Part shown: piece after piece, positions 12,991 to 26,249 of the stretch | How the letters are laid out: every line of letters starts with the position of its first letter | Numbering within the stretch: the stretch's first letter is position 1 | From: Lama glama | Taxonomy: Eukaryota | Direction of reading: 5' to 3' | Length of the DNA: 64,000 nucleotides | Assembly (NCBI GenBank): GCA_028534125.1 | Contig: CM052817.1 | Coordinates: 88,910,001-88,974,000, forward strand | Notes under the pieces: model-generated | Databases searched by the model: none | What the model saw: the letters and a program-made list of their open reading frames with translations, nothing else | What the model was told of the DNA's origin: nothing | Translations under genes and position numbers: made by a program

Positions 12991-15479
12991 TTACCCCAAT
13001 TAAAAAGAGTGATCTTGGACAAATAAAACAGAGAGGAGAAACTCTAGATCTCAACTCACATTTGAGGGACATAGGAAGGAGGGAAAGGTAAAAAAAAAAG
13101 AACAATGAACCAATGAACAATGAACCAATGAACAAATGAATTTTTTTAGGATTTGTAATTTCAATATAAAAGAGAATATAGTAAATAGATTTGTTTCATT
13201 TGTACTCATTAAGGCAATTTTAACAGTATATTGATGCTGCTGGATAGCAATTTGATACTACTAATAATGAAATGCCCAAATTAAGTAGCAGGTGGAAAAT
13301 TAAGGCAGAAGAGTTTGAATTCACAATTGGAAGGTAAATGAGCAAAAGTTTGCAAATCATTAAAGTTTTTAATTTCTTTTTAAATTTATCTCAATTTTAG
13401 TCCTTTAGATTTCAGTGAGTTTCAATTTAATGTGATATCTACTGAAATAATGAGATTTATAGAGGAGATGTATTGTCACTGTTAATAGTTATACTGAAAT
13501 ATATTTCAATATGAGACTGAATCCAGCTAAGCATTACAATGGTGAACCAAATGAACTATTTGGTTCTCAGAATAAATGACAGTTCATAGATCATTTTTTA
13601 CAATTTGAGAGTGGCAAATAGAAATTAAAATGATTTCAAACTAAGCAATAATTTGAAAGAGTTGGAAAAAGTTATTAGCACTATATATTGGAAGAGGAGC
13701 AGAAAAAGAAAGAATACTGAATTCAGTACAATTTTACAAGTATAATTTCCATAAGTAGTACAGCAAAGTTTTATTAAAAAGAAGCACTTACTGATTTTCC
13801 TATTTTATTATTGAGTATAATATTTAACATTACATCATTAATTAGATGAGACCAACAGAAATATGACAAATGGTAATTTTCTCCCATTTAAAAAATGTAC
13901 CTGTACTTCTTCCCTTTATTAAGAACTTGAAAACACTAAAGTAATAGCTTCCTTGTGAATCACCCAATGAGCACGCTGCAAAATTTAGAGGCTCCTTTTT
14001 ACAATAATATTCCTGTGAATATATTCCATTTTTCCTGCTTCCTACCTACATTTCATGAGTCATTCTGTCATTTATGTTCAACATTTGGAGTATAGCGATT
14101 GCTACTTTACAAATACAGTGTGGATTATGTAGAAGCATACATTTATGCTGTAAGCTCTACCTATTGATAGAGAGTATTTAATTGGAACAGAAAGTAACAC
14201 TATATAATATAAATAAGTGGATTTAGAACTAAGTAAGGCTGGTGATCTCCAGATATTCCGGCCACCCATCTCTCATTTCTCCTGAACCATTAGGCACCTG
14301 GCATTGAGAAACAACCGCCACTAAGACCTGGACTATTCCAGGCAACTTCTCCCTGGTCTACCTACAGCATTTTCTTTCTAGAGGTGCAGAGTGCATCATC
14401 TATCTTCAAAGCCAAAAATGTTGAATAATAAATATTCATATTTTCTGATTAAAATATGCTAGTTATTTTAAAATAAGCATCCATTATTTCTTTTGAGTAT
14501 AGATAGCTCCTTATGAATTCTCCACAATTTTAATCCTTGCAAATGCTCAATTTAATCTTGATGTAAGTGCAGAGTTCCTCCTGCTTCATATAGAAAATAC
14601 TTTCTTCTTCTATGTTTCCTTTTCCTTAAATTTTAAAAGCCTAGTTTACCAAGCCCTATTCTACTTTGGATCCAAACTGACCAACTAAAGAAAATATCTT
14701 TTGGTACTTAGCTTCTACAGAACTCCAAAACTTTTTCTTTCACTAGCCTGTTTTACACTAATATATACATTTGTATTCCACTTTAAATTAACCTTTATGC
14801 AAGATTAGAAAAATTTATTTCCTAAGATATAATAATTGTACAATTTTTTCTTCATGAATTGTCGACAATTATATAAAGAGACGTTATAACCTTAATTTCT
14901 TTGAAATAAGATAGTTCCCATATTTCTATTATGTATCTTGATTACCTTGAGAATTTAGTGACAGTCATTCTCTTTAAATTTCTAAATCCACATAATGTAA
15001 TTTTCAATACTTATTAACATGTGAATTGATGAATCTTCACCAAATTCCATTTGCTTGTTCCAAACTTACGTCAGTTTTCAGGACCAACAGACTAGTACTT
15101 TTGTGGTATCATTAACCAATTTCCTTTACCCAAACTATTTAGTACAATGTAAGTGTAAGTAATATTTCTAAAGCATCTCTTTCTTTAAATCATTCTGTCC
15201 ATTAAATAAATCCACATTGCCTAACTACTGCATACATGCTCTATACTTGCTCACCTCTCTGTAATGCACCTCCTCCTAAGAAAATGTATCTTAAACATTA
15301 AGATTCAAATTACAACCATCTCATCTATTAATTATGTATTTTATGAGCATGATAGTCAATTATTTCTACTATAGGAAAATTGAAAGATAACTATATTTGC
15401 ATATCATTGTTCTAATCTCTCTTTTACTTATAGGCATTTTTGTCTTGCCTTTGTGTATTTTACTTGGTATATTATTTGC

Positions 15480-15752
15480 CCACTCCTTCACAAGCCTAAA
15501 TCTTGCTTATCTTTCAAGACAGATCTTATGTGTTACCTTCCATTCTGACTAGATGGGATAGCTTCTTTTTACACTTCCAAACCATTCTGTGGATATTCCC
15601 CTCTGTTTTTAGTGTCTTATAACAATCTATTTACTGGTTTATCTTTCCTGCTAGAGTGAGTTTCCTAAATACTGAGTACATGTTATTGTTTGTTGTTGTT
15701 GTATTGAGCCTGCTAATCCATATGTAGCAAACAAATGTGTGTTAAATAAAGT
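15480..15752 (+). mobile_element. L2 3' end relic
   Basis: 'tcttgcttatctttcaagacagatc...ttactggtttatctttcctgctagagtgagtttcct...acaaatgtgtgttaaataaa'. Confidence 0.55.
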
Positions 15753-15839
15753 AATCTCTGGAAATTTCTTAATGCCTCCATAGTATTTTAAGATCTCAAA
15801 AGGAAAAAAAAATCCCTTATGTACTAAGGTAATATAAAG

Positions 15840-16030
15840 ATGCAAGCTCTGGAGTAAACAGCATTTGGTAGGAACCTGGCTCTGTACTTCCAAAGTCTGT
15901 TACCTTTGGCAAGTTATAGCATACTTTGTTATCTTCATTATCCCCATCTTCAGAAAAACAATTATTCTATTTACCCAAATTGCTATAAACATGAGAAATA
16001 ATACAAATAAAATATGTAATACAGTGAACA
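15840..16030 (+). mobile_element. MIR SINE (diverged)
   Basis: 'gctctggagtaaacag...aacctggctctgtacttcc...tgttacctttggcaagtta...tccccatct'. Confidence 0.7.
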
Positions 16031-16207
16031 AATTTTATACTAACTATTCTTAACTATAGTAGCTATAGTAGCAATAATTATAAATTTTTGTTTCCTATGT
16101 ATTTCCTTAGAAAGTAAAAAACAGTGCAAAGATTGCAAAATAACTAGAAGTTTGAAATCAGTTTGAGCTAATAAATGAACAAATTCTATATTTTAAGATC
16201 AATCCAG

Positions 16208-16319
16208 CCTTCCTCCTTTCCTTTTTTCCCCCTCCCTCCCTCTCCTCCTCTCCCTCTCTCTCTTCCCCTATTTTTTTGGTGTGTGTATATATGTGTGTGT
16301 GTGTGTGTGTATATATTTT
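16208..16319. repeat. CT-rich tract followed by (TG)n/(TA)n microsatellite at an L1 tail
   Basis: Seen directly: 'ccttcctcctttcc...ctctctctc' then 'gtgtgtatatatgtgtgtgtgtgtgtgtgtatata'. Confidence 0.9.
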
Positions 16320-17450
16320 TTTTGTTTTTTTTAAATTGACATATAGTCAGTTTATATGTTGTGTCAATTTCTGGTGTACAGCATAATGCTTCAGTCATAC
16401 ATATACATACATATATTTGTTTTCATATTCTTATTCATCACAAGTTACTATAAAATATTGAATATAGTTCCCTGTGCTATACAGTATAAACTTGTTGTTT
16501 AACTGTTTTATATATATTAATTAGTATACGCAAACCTCGAACTCCCCGTGTATCCCCTCCCACACCCTTCCCCTCCAGTAACCGTAAGTTTGTTTTCTAT
16601 GTCTGTGAGTCTGTTTCTGTTTTATAAATAAGTTTATCTTTTTTTTTATATATTACACATTAAGTGATATCATATTATATTTCTCTTTCTTTTTATGGCT
16701 TTACTTCACTTAGAATGACATTCTCCAGATCCATCCATGTTTCTGCAAATGACATTATTTTATTCTTTTTTATGGCTGAGTAGTATTCCATTGTCTAAAT
16801 ATACCACAACTTCTTTATCCAGTCATCTGTGGATGGACATTTAGGTTGTCTCCATGTCTTGGCTATTGTAAATAGTACTACTATGAACATTGGGGTACTT
16901 GTATATTTTTAAATTAAGGTTCTCTCTGCATATATGCCCAGGAGTGAGATTGCTGGATCATATGATAAGTCTATTGAGGAACTGTCTTCTGAGGAATCTA
17001 CATACTGTTTTCCATAATGGCTGCACCAAACTTCATTCCCACCAGCAGTGTATATGGGCTCCCTTTTCTCCACACCCTCTTCAGCATTTATCCTTTGTAA
17101 ACTTTTGAATGATAGCCATTCTGACTGTTGTGAAGTGATACCTCATTGTAGTGTTGTCTTGCATTTCTCTGATAATTAATGATATTTAGCATTTTTTCAT
17201 GTGCCTATTGGCCATTTGTATGTCTTCATTGGAGAATTGCTTGTTTAGGTATTCTGCTTATTTTTAGATTGGGTTGTTTATTTTTTTGTTATTAAGTTGT
17301 ATGAGCTGTTTATATTTTCTGGAAATTAAACCCTTCTCATTCTCATCTTTTGCAAATATTTTCTCCCATTCCATAGTTTGTCTTCTTGTTTGGCTTATGG
17401 TTTCCTTTGCTCTGCAAAAGCTTATAAGTTTAATTAGGTCTCATTTGTTT
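16320..17450 (-). mobile_element. Young 5'-truncated LINE-1 (~1.1 kb; 3' UTR and ORF2 C-terminus)
   Basis: Poly(T), then the same 3' UTR as 3225-3693. Continues through antisense ORF2 text to 'caaaagcttataagtttaattaggtctcatttgttt'. Confidence 0.95.
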
Positions 17451-17544
17451 TCTTTCCCTTTTTTTCTTCTTTCTTTTTTTCCCTATTTCTCTTTTCATCC
17501 CTTCCTCCCTCGGCCCCTCCTTTCCTTTGTATATTTCACTCCAT

Positions 17545-17770
17545 TTTGGAATGTGATGGGCATGATACAATTCTTGCCCTTGAGGAGTTTCAGTCCTCAG
17601 AGGAGATGGCCATATAAGCAAATTTCTATGATATCCTAAGGCAAGTTATGTCGTAGAGGTTTATATATAGTTCTGCAGATACAGATGAGTGGACAAGTAA
17701 TCTTCTTGGGAAAATTAGGAGAAAATAAAGAGAAGAAGTGACATTCCACATTTCATCTGGCCTTGAATGT
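17545..17770 (-). mobile_element. L2 relic
   Basis: 'ttcttgcccttgaggagtttcagtc...ggagatggccatataagc...agaagtgacattc...ctggccttgaatg'. Confidence 0.55.
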
Positions 17771-17896
17771 TGGGTAACCATTTACTTCCATTTAGAAGAG
17801 ATGAATGTGTCCTTTATATTTGGGACACAGTAGGGCCAGGATGGCTGGATTTCGAGGGTGGTGTGAGGGCTGAGGCTGGGATGGTAGGAAAGGCTT

Positions 17897-18035
17897 GGTG
17901 GGGAGGGTTTAGCTCAGTCATAGAGTGCATGCTTAGCATGCACGAGGTCCTGGGTTCAGTCTCAAGCACCTCTGTTAAAAAAATAAATAAATAAACTTAA
18001 TTGCCTCTCCCCGAAAAAGAACAACAGCAACAAAG
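17897..18035 (+). mobile_element. tRNA-derived SINE, camelid Vic-1-like
   Basis: 'ggtggggagggtttagctcagtcatagagtgcatgcttagcatgcacgaggtcctgggttcagtctcaagcacctc' has A-box and B-box-like motifs and a tRNA-Ala-like head. It is followed by 'aaataaataaataaacttaattgcctctcccc' and an A-rich tail. A second copy lies at 57682-57822. Confidence 0.9.
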
Positions 18036-18129
18036 ATCAATCCAACATGAAATAATACAAGTAGGACAGAGACTCATATGGGAAATATATAGAATTTTGT
18101 GACAGGGAGGTTGAAAACACTTAAGAATA

Positions 18130-18485
18130 TTCAGTCATGAGTATGTGTTAAATATGTACTGTGCAACAGGCTCTGAGCTATGTATGGGCTGGAGAGTGGG
18201 GTGGGGGTGGGAGTGCGGAGGACAGATTTAACTCATTATAATTACAACACACTGGAAAAGATATGCATTAAATAATTGCATAGACTGTTATTTAAAGATA
18301 ATTATGCTTAACTGTATGAAAGAGAAGGTAACAATTATACTAAAGGGGAAAAGGGGAGATTGATTCTTGTCAGCAGAGTCAGGGAAATCTTTTCTTGTGG
18401 AACATAAGCTGAAACTTGAGGTATAATGGAGTTGGCTATGTTACTGGAGAATAGTCTCCATGCAGTAGAAATGGCATGTAGAGGC
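18130..18485 (-). mobile_element. L2 relic
   Basis: 'tatgtactgtgcaacaggctctgagcta...agtcagggaaatc...taagctgaaacttgaggtataatggagttggc...aaatggcatgtagaggc'. Confidence 0.55.
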
Positions 18486-19292
18486 AATCTCACCTTTAGA
18501 AAAGCAGCTAGCCAAGATTTAGTGTGCTTTCCTAAAAATAGTCTAGGTTCTTGGGACCTCTGGGGGCCTGTAGGGTTTCCTGGATAAGTACTGACATGAG
18601 CTCTGGGTGTCTCTTCCCTGGGGCACTCTCTGATCTTGGTCCTGGGTCACCCATATGTCCTAAGGAATTCTAGATCTCCTGCTTATGGAGTTAGTTCAGT
18701 GTCTAGTGGCAGGTCCAGGTTCTCGGAGGTCAGCCTGGTGAGCAAATTTCTCTGTTCATCTGTACAGAATTTTTTTACTAGATAGTGTGACAATGAGACC
18801 CATAATACACTGCAGTGGATTTGGTCTGCTCAAATTGTTTATATAGGAAAGGGTTCCATAAAAAGTATTTTATTAAGCCAGGCGCATTCTAGGGACAGGC
18901 TGTAGAGATTCAGACTCAGAAGATAATTTAATGCATTGGAGGAGCTAAAGAAACTGCAGCTGGGATGTGGCATTAGAAAAATCAACAATGCATAAGTGAA
19001 TTAGGGATTAAAAAATACATAAACTGATTTTTCAAAATTATTTTTTATGGTTGAATATTAAGTTAGACTAAGTGCCCTTTGATTCAGGGTTTACGTGAGT
19101 CTCACAAAAAGTCTAAACATGAAAGTTTACATCTATAGGTTCTAAAATAGATGCTGAAATGCCCACATATATTCTTTGACACTGCAAAAAAAAAATCTTG
19201 TTAACAGCTAAATCTTTGTGAAAAATATACTGAGATAATTTTAATTAAACGAAGAAATATTTATTGAAAAAAATGTTAAAAACGGTTTGAAA

Positions 19293-19895
19293 TGACTAAA
19301 AAGGCCTTGATGGTGCCCTCTCAGCTTGACTATACTTTAAGCAAGTTTCTTTCTTACTGTAGGTCTCTGACCTCCTTTTTCTTAGAGAATTTACTGAAAT
19401 TGTCATTTCTTTCTCTGATCTTTAGATATGTAAATCTTCTCCCAGACTCTTGCCAGCTTTACAACCCAGGAATATCTTTCTCAAGAACCTGGGAGCCATC
19501 CCTTTAAAATGTAATCTTTACGGAAAATGATGCCCCGAACTTCTATTTTCTGTGGAAGGGTAGAGACCGAACATCAACAGACACCTTACTCCCGAGTTAT
19601 AAAAATACCTCCTATTATGAAGTTATGACAAAGTTTAGGTTTTTTTTTGGGTGAAGGCAATCCGTAAGCACAGCTAGCGTATGATTTCCCTCTCACTCCA
19701 GCCTCACTATGGAAAAAAATATGGAGGTTCCTCAAAATATTAAAGTTAGAAATACCATGTGATCCCAGCAATTCTTACCACCTTTCATTTCAGCAGAATT
19801 GAGCCTGAGTCACAGCCTTCTTCCCTTTATGCAAGAGCCTTAAATAAAATCTTCCTTCCTGTTTAATATTGTCTGGTGCAACTTTTGTGTTGACA
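19293..19895 (+). mobile_element. ERV1 solo LTR, MER67-like, interrupted by a short L1 fragment
   Basis: TGAC...TGACA termini. Internal text 'gatggtgccctctcagcttgactatacttt', 'tgtaaatcttctcccagactcttgccagctttacaacccaggaatatctttctcaagaacctgggagccatccctttaaaatgtaatc', and AATAAA near 19843. Confidence 0.88.
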
Positions 19896-20117
19896 GGAAG
19901 AATGGCATTTTTTGAAGTTTTTTTCAAGAGTGTTCTATTATTGAAAGACCAAATTGAGTAATTTAAATCTTCAGTGAATATGTGATAATATTTAATTCAG
20001 TTTAGTTGAAACTTGCCTAAGAGACTTTTTATCTATTTTTGAAAAATAGTTCACTTAAACAAAAGAGTTACATATTTTAGTACCTAATTTTATATTCTGT
20101 TTATCTTGTATAATTTC

Positions 20118-20222
20118 AGAGAAGAGATAGAGATGAAAGGGGAAGTAGAGAAATAGAGAGATAGAGATAGACAGAAATAGAAAGAGGGAGTTAAGGAGGG
20201 TGGAAGAGGAGGGAGAAAGAGA
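20118..20222. repeat. GA-rich low-complexity tract
   Basis: 'agagaagagatagagatgaaagggg...gagatagagatagacag...ggagggagaaagag'. Confidence 0.8.
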
Positions 20223-22949
20223 CACAATCAGTGCACTATGTCATTTCTATAAATGTACAGTATCGAAGTGTACTTAACGTAGAGTCCTTACAGTACTAAC
20301 TTAAAAATGACATTTTCCCCAATTAAAAAATGTGAATGTGCTTGCAGTAAATATAAGGACTTTGCTATCAATTTTTTGGTAATAATTTAGCGTTCCAACA
20401 GTGCTACCCTTTTACAAATTTATGATGTGTTATTTACTGCTTCTAATTTTAAATTTTGACAGAAATTGTTGTGAGTTGAGCACGCATATATTTGAAATTA
20501 GGGTGTGAACAGTCAGTTGCCAGTTATAAATTGACCTCAATTTAGGAGGCACATTATTTTTAACTTTAAATTTTCCATGGTGTATGATAGATCATTTACA
20601 TATATAATTTTAACTGTAAGGCTTGGACACCAATTATAGTAAAGTTTGAACATCAATCATATTTTTGTTTTGTGATAACTTGTGGTGTAAGATATGAAGA
20701 GTTTTGAGTTTTTCCCTGTGTTTTTATTTTTTAATTGTGTATTTATCCCAAAATTTTTAAGAAATCAAGACTAAAAATAACCCATTCTTACCACTTCTTT
20801 CTTCTTCTGTAACTTCAATTGCCTTTCTATTATTCCTGTCAACTCTCCTGTTTAGCAAGAATTCCAAGAAAAAGGGGATAAATTTTAAAGTGAGTTTCCT
20901 AATATATATAAAATCTTATTTTCACATTAAGTAGAATATAACAAATAATGTTATGTGAGTAAACATGTTCTTACTACTCAAGGCATTGGTTTGCTTTTTT
21001 AAATAAAGAATCCATATCTGAGAGGATAATTAACTTGGTTCTTTAATCTTTTTATATATTTTAATGTTAATTTCTCAAATAGTGATTATTTTATTACAAA
21101 ATGTGTACTTTGGTGACTGTTAATTATTTTGATAATAATTTTCGGCAAATCTCTAAACTTTGAAGTGTACACAGTTAATATTATCTTTTAACAATATTTA
21201 AAATATATGATACCTGTTTGAGTTTAGTTGGGCATATTATTTTTTGAATATTAAGAATTTGCCTACTCTCAGGTTTATTATTATACTGAATTACATTTGG
21301 ATACAATGACCACTTACAGCCATTCATATATTCCTGGGTAAATGTGGCCAGGGATCAGGCTGCTCTCGTCCTAATTGCACTGCTGGGTCCAGCTGTTCTC
21401 AAGAATTTAAAGAAAAATTCATGGAAAGAACCTTGCCACACATTCCAAAGAAAGTGGTAAAAATATTTTCATTTGACTCTAGAGTAAACTTTATTACTCA
21501 TAACTAAAGCAAGGCCAGATTATTGCAGTGTAATACTACTCTTCAGGTAGAAGAGTCTCTGATTCCTCATTGGCAGCAACCTTTATTTTAGACCAAGTCA
21601 TTCAAACTGCCATACGACATCAGGCTCTGTTCCCTTGAGTATTTCCAACTTGGAAAGCCAAAGTGTAAGAGAAATCACATGTCAACCGCCACTTTCAAAA
21701 GTAGAAGAAAAAAATTAACACAGTTTTACTATTTAAGAGTATAAAATGTGGAACTATAAGAACTGGTTTAAAATAACATGAAAATTTTAAGAATACGCAC
21801 ATAGCGTTAAATAAGTACATTACATTCCCTTGAACTTTGACTGGATTTCATTCAATCTCTGAATGTGTTATCATTTTGAATATAATTATATGGTTTATTT
21901 TCCATTGTTGAAAAAATTGATTATCCATTTTAGCCTAATGACTTATACAAGCTTTTACACAAAAAATCACAGATATAGTCACCTTAGCTTTAAAATAAAA
22001 GCATCATTGATGTTATTAATCATGCAACGTCATTAGTAGAGGGAAAAACAATCCACCATATTGATAAAACCCTCAATGATAGAATAATAAAATGCAAGAT
22101 GAACTGGGAGTAAAAAACTTGTTAAACTAGAGAAAGTTGACAGCTCTAGTTGCCATGACATTTGTTTGCTTTCTCTGCCACTTAGGCCAGAATGTCTTTT
22201 GGCTTAGAACCAGATTAGAGATCTGATGTTATCTGAGATAATTTTAATTTTGTTCCCTGGGATAGTCAAGTATTTTTTGAAAGATTATTTAATTTGAGAT
22301 GTCTCAGATGGAAAATCCTTAGATTAAATGTTTCTGTAACTTTTGTTCTAATCTGTTTAGAAGACCAACAATATATTTTTACCTACCCCATCAACTCATG
22401 TAGTTAGAATAAAGTGCATGATATTTTAGTTTTCTATTGAATTTCTGATGCAAATTTTATTGAAATCTGAGTTAAAACATAGATTTATACATATTTCAAA
22501 GCCTAACTATTCAACAATGTCACAAGCTTACATTTTTTAAAAAGTTACTTAAATTTCTCATTATATTGAGCATGCCTTTGCATTCACTGTATATTTCTTG
22601 AAAATCAGAGCCACATATATATAGATGAAACCAATCAAGCAGGTGAAATTTCACTATTGAAATCTATCATAATATGTTTTGTAAAATTATATAGGTGTTG
22701 CATAAACATTTACTTTGTACATTTTTAAAATAAATTATTAGCTAATGGTCATATTTTCAGGTAGTGTGTTTGGTATTACTTGCTACTAAATCTTGAGACA
22801 TAGGTAAATACATAATAGTTTATTGGTATATATTTTTTTAAAGTTCAAGGTGATCCTAAGATCAAAATAATTGAGAACACTTTCTCTAAGTACATCATTC
22901 AGCACTTCACTAGGGAACATAAGAAAAACATCTTGACTAAATGACCAGA

Positions 22950-24140
22950 CATCCTTTCTTTCAACAGGTAACATGTGCTAGGCTTGGGGATCCAACAGAG
23001 CAAAACAGACAAAAGTTTATGCACTAGTATAGTTTCATTCTATTGGGGGAGATTGGTAATAAGTTTACAACATACATAAGTGTAGAGTGTATCAGGAGTA
23101 AAGAAGGAATGCCGAGGAAAATTCAAAGTTATATAATACTTAGGGAAAAAACTCATTCAAAGAAGAAGCGGGTGTGAGGTCTGCAGCTATCTGGAGGAAG
23201 TGACCTATAAAAAAGAGAAACACCCACAATAGTGATGCTTGAGGGTAAGAAGGTGCTGCCCTGCATGTCCTTGGAAACTCAAAGGGGCCAGGGTAACTTG
23301 GCAGAGTGAAGAGTGGTGAAAGTAGTAGATGAAATAAAAGGGCTAACAATTGACAATCAATCAGTCCTTTTAAGGACTTGGATTTTACTCTAATTGAGAT
23401 GAGAAACTAATTAATAATATTGAGTGTAGAACTGACATGATACCGCTTGCATTTTTAACAAAATTACTCTAATTGTTAATGTGATAATAGATGATATAGG
23501 TCCCAGATTTGAAGCAGGCTATCTAAATAAAGAGACAGTCAACAAACTTGGCAAAAATGTTTGCTGGTTATACTCAGGGTATAGTAATGATGGCAATGTG
23601 GCAAGGACATAACCAGGATCTGGCTATATTTTGAAGGCAGAGTCAGCAGGAATATCAATTTGAGAAAAAAAGAAAATCAAGAGTAACTCCATGATTTTCA
23701 GCTGATTTGCAGGGTTGTATCACCTGGAAAGGTGAAAGCTACATGAAAAGAAGATATGAGTTGAGGGATATAAGGATTTCCATTTGGCACATACTAAATT
23801 TGAGATACCTGTTAGTCAGTGAGTGTATCAAACAGGCAGGTGTATTTCAGGAAAGAACTTTAGAGTTGAGATAAATATTTTGGAGTGGTCAACATACAGT
23901 TGATACTTAAAGCCATAGAACTGAATTTGATCACCTATCAAGAGTGAGTAGAAAGAGAAGTCCATAGACTGAATTCTTAGGAAACTTGATATTAAGAAAC
24001 TAGGGTAATGGAGAAGGACCAGTCAATAAGATATACAGAATGGCCAGTGAAAGCCAAGAGAAAGTGGTAACTGCAAACTAAGTAGTGACAGTTTTCGGAA
24101 CAAGAGATAGTGAACAACATTCTTTATTGATTTAGAAAAG
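22950..24140 (-). mobile_element. L2 (L2a-like), ~1.2 kb
   Basis: 'tgtgctaggcttggggatccaacagagcaaaacagacaaaag', 'taaggacttggattttactctaattgagatgagaaac', 'ggatctggctatattttgaaggcagagtcagcagga', 'ttaaagccatagaactgaatttgatcacc'. Confidence 0.88.
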
Positions 24141-24679
24141 CAACTAATCACACCGCCTAAGAAAAGTTGATGAATTCAGTTCAGAGCTTTATTTTAAAAC
24201 ATTAGAAGTTTCAAGGATTTTTAGGTTTTCCAAGCCACTATGTTATCCTTCAGGACGTTTCTAATAAAGGAGAAGGGCATTATAATGTCTTTATATTAAC
24301 TTTAAGATGTAGAAATGTTATAATCTGGCTTAATATCTCATTATAAATCCATGAGGATTTTAAAATAAAATTAACATGTCCATATGGAAAGTTATCAGAA
24401 AGTCATTGCAACCATTGTGAAAAAGATACTGGACAAAATACATACTATTGAAGCTAAAAGCACAAGTACACTACAAAATATTGTGCTTTTTTTAAACTAA
24501 AGTTTATTGTGTACCAAAATTCCTGTTTTAAGAAAAATATTTTAAAAATTATTGCTACCTCTTTCTTACTCACTTGGATTCATTAGCTTATGTAAGCGTT
24601 AGCATATTTTTAAGAAAATAACCTGAAAATATATCATTTTGCCTCTTAGTAAATGTTTTATATTGGAACATCTACTTTG

Positions 24680-25200
24680 TAGGGCAGCCTGTTAGTATAA
24701 ATTAAAAGAAGTATATGGATTCTATCATTTGTAATATACCCTACGTAGGTATACTTTTATAAACACAGAAGTGTATATACTGCCATTTACTTAATACCAT
24801 TCACATTAGCAAAAAATGGAACCACCGTCAATTTTTAGAGACTGGAGATTAACAATGAATGATGGTTATATCCATCCTATGGAGTACTATATAATAAGAG
24901 AATAAGTCAGCTAAATAAATTAGTGGATTACTAAGATACCAGTTAGTAGAAAAAGACATCTTACAAAATTATAGGTACATTATATTAAAATTCATGTTAC
25001 ATACTTTTTCTTCAGGTTCATATAAACCTGTGTGTATTTTTGTACAAATACGCAGATTATTGATAAATTTATTAGCCTGTGAAAAGAAGACTAGGATGTT
25101 AGTAGTCCATTTTGAGTGAGATTTTGAATGATTTTGATTGAAAATATATTCATGCATTGCTAGTATGGTCAAACATTTTAAAAAAGAATGTACAGTATCA
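24680..25200 (+). mobile_element. Old L1 (L1ME-like) 3' region
   Basis: 'tagcaaaaaatggaaccacc...aatgaatgatggttatatccatcctatggagtactat'. Confidence 0.6.
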
Positions 25201-26249
25201 CATTCTGTATTTTAAGGAATGAACAAAACAGTATTATTTCCTATATAAATACACTGATAGGTTTAGCCGCAAAAATTGAGCACCTTACTTACGATTTTGT
25301 CTTTACAAGCATGTAACATAGACTTTATTATTTTTTACCAGCTGATGACTTAATCAGATCTCACATTGTTGCTATTCTCATTTAAAGATTCTGTTGATTG
25401 TTTATTCTAAATATAATTATAGATGTAATAGACTGATTAATCTAGTAAACTCAATTTCTATCTTTCTGTTACAATTTAGAAAAAGTGAATCATTTCATTT
25501 ACCCAAAAGCCAGAAACCTAGTTAAAGTACCTAAGTATTAGAAAAAATTATATTAAAAATAACACTTAAACTAGAGATATATAGATAGTCTTCACCTAGA
25601 ATTATGGAGGTAAAAGTTAAAAGCTTATCTACTGCTTTTTAATATGTAATTATTTATTTTTAAAATGCATAGAATAAGATAGAATTAATGACTTGATGAT
25701 ACTTCGAAGTCAGTTTTTCACGTCTTCAGAGTCTCTCTTCTTCCAGAACCATTGTTATTTCCTGGGTCACATACTGCTATAAGTGTATACAAAAGACAAA
25801 GTATAGGCAAAGGGCAAAGCATGGCTGATGTCTGCAAATCTAATATACGTACACAGAAGTACAAATTCTTATCATCTACGTAACAAACATTTTTTATATG
25901 TAACAACGTCTTAAAAAAAAAAGCTAAACAACAAAAAAAGATGCTTTTTTCTCATTCCCTGAGTGGCAGAGAAATTTAGGAAAATTATTTGGAATATACA
26001 ATTTAAACTGACCTTCCAAATATGTATTGAGTACATAAATAAACAAAATTGAAAAATGTATTTCACTATTTACAATCATGAATATAAATATTCTGCATGT
26101 ATTCTGAGTAATATGAAAATGTGGCATATTTATTAATAGTAATCTTGGCCAAGTTTGCCAAGATTTAATTATTTAGATATCAAGGTGGGCCTCAGGATTC
26201 AAATGTTCTTGGGGTCTGTTGCTACTAAAGATGCTAAAGAGCTAGGCCA

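Noticed and set aside
13101..13140. Short tandem repeat 'aacaatgaaccaatg' x2+
   Set aside because: Ordinary slippage product in A-rich DNA.
17897..17972. Functional tRNA-Ala gene
   Set aside because: The stems and B box are degenerate, and there is a SINE body, an A-rich tail and a second dispersed copy with a TSD.
26141..26165. Hairpin aatcttggc...gccaagatt as an NFI site or terminator
   Set aside because: The spacer is 7 nt rather than the 5 nt of TTGGC(N5)GCCAA, and intrinsic terminators are irrelevant in this context.
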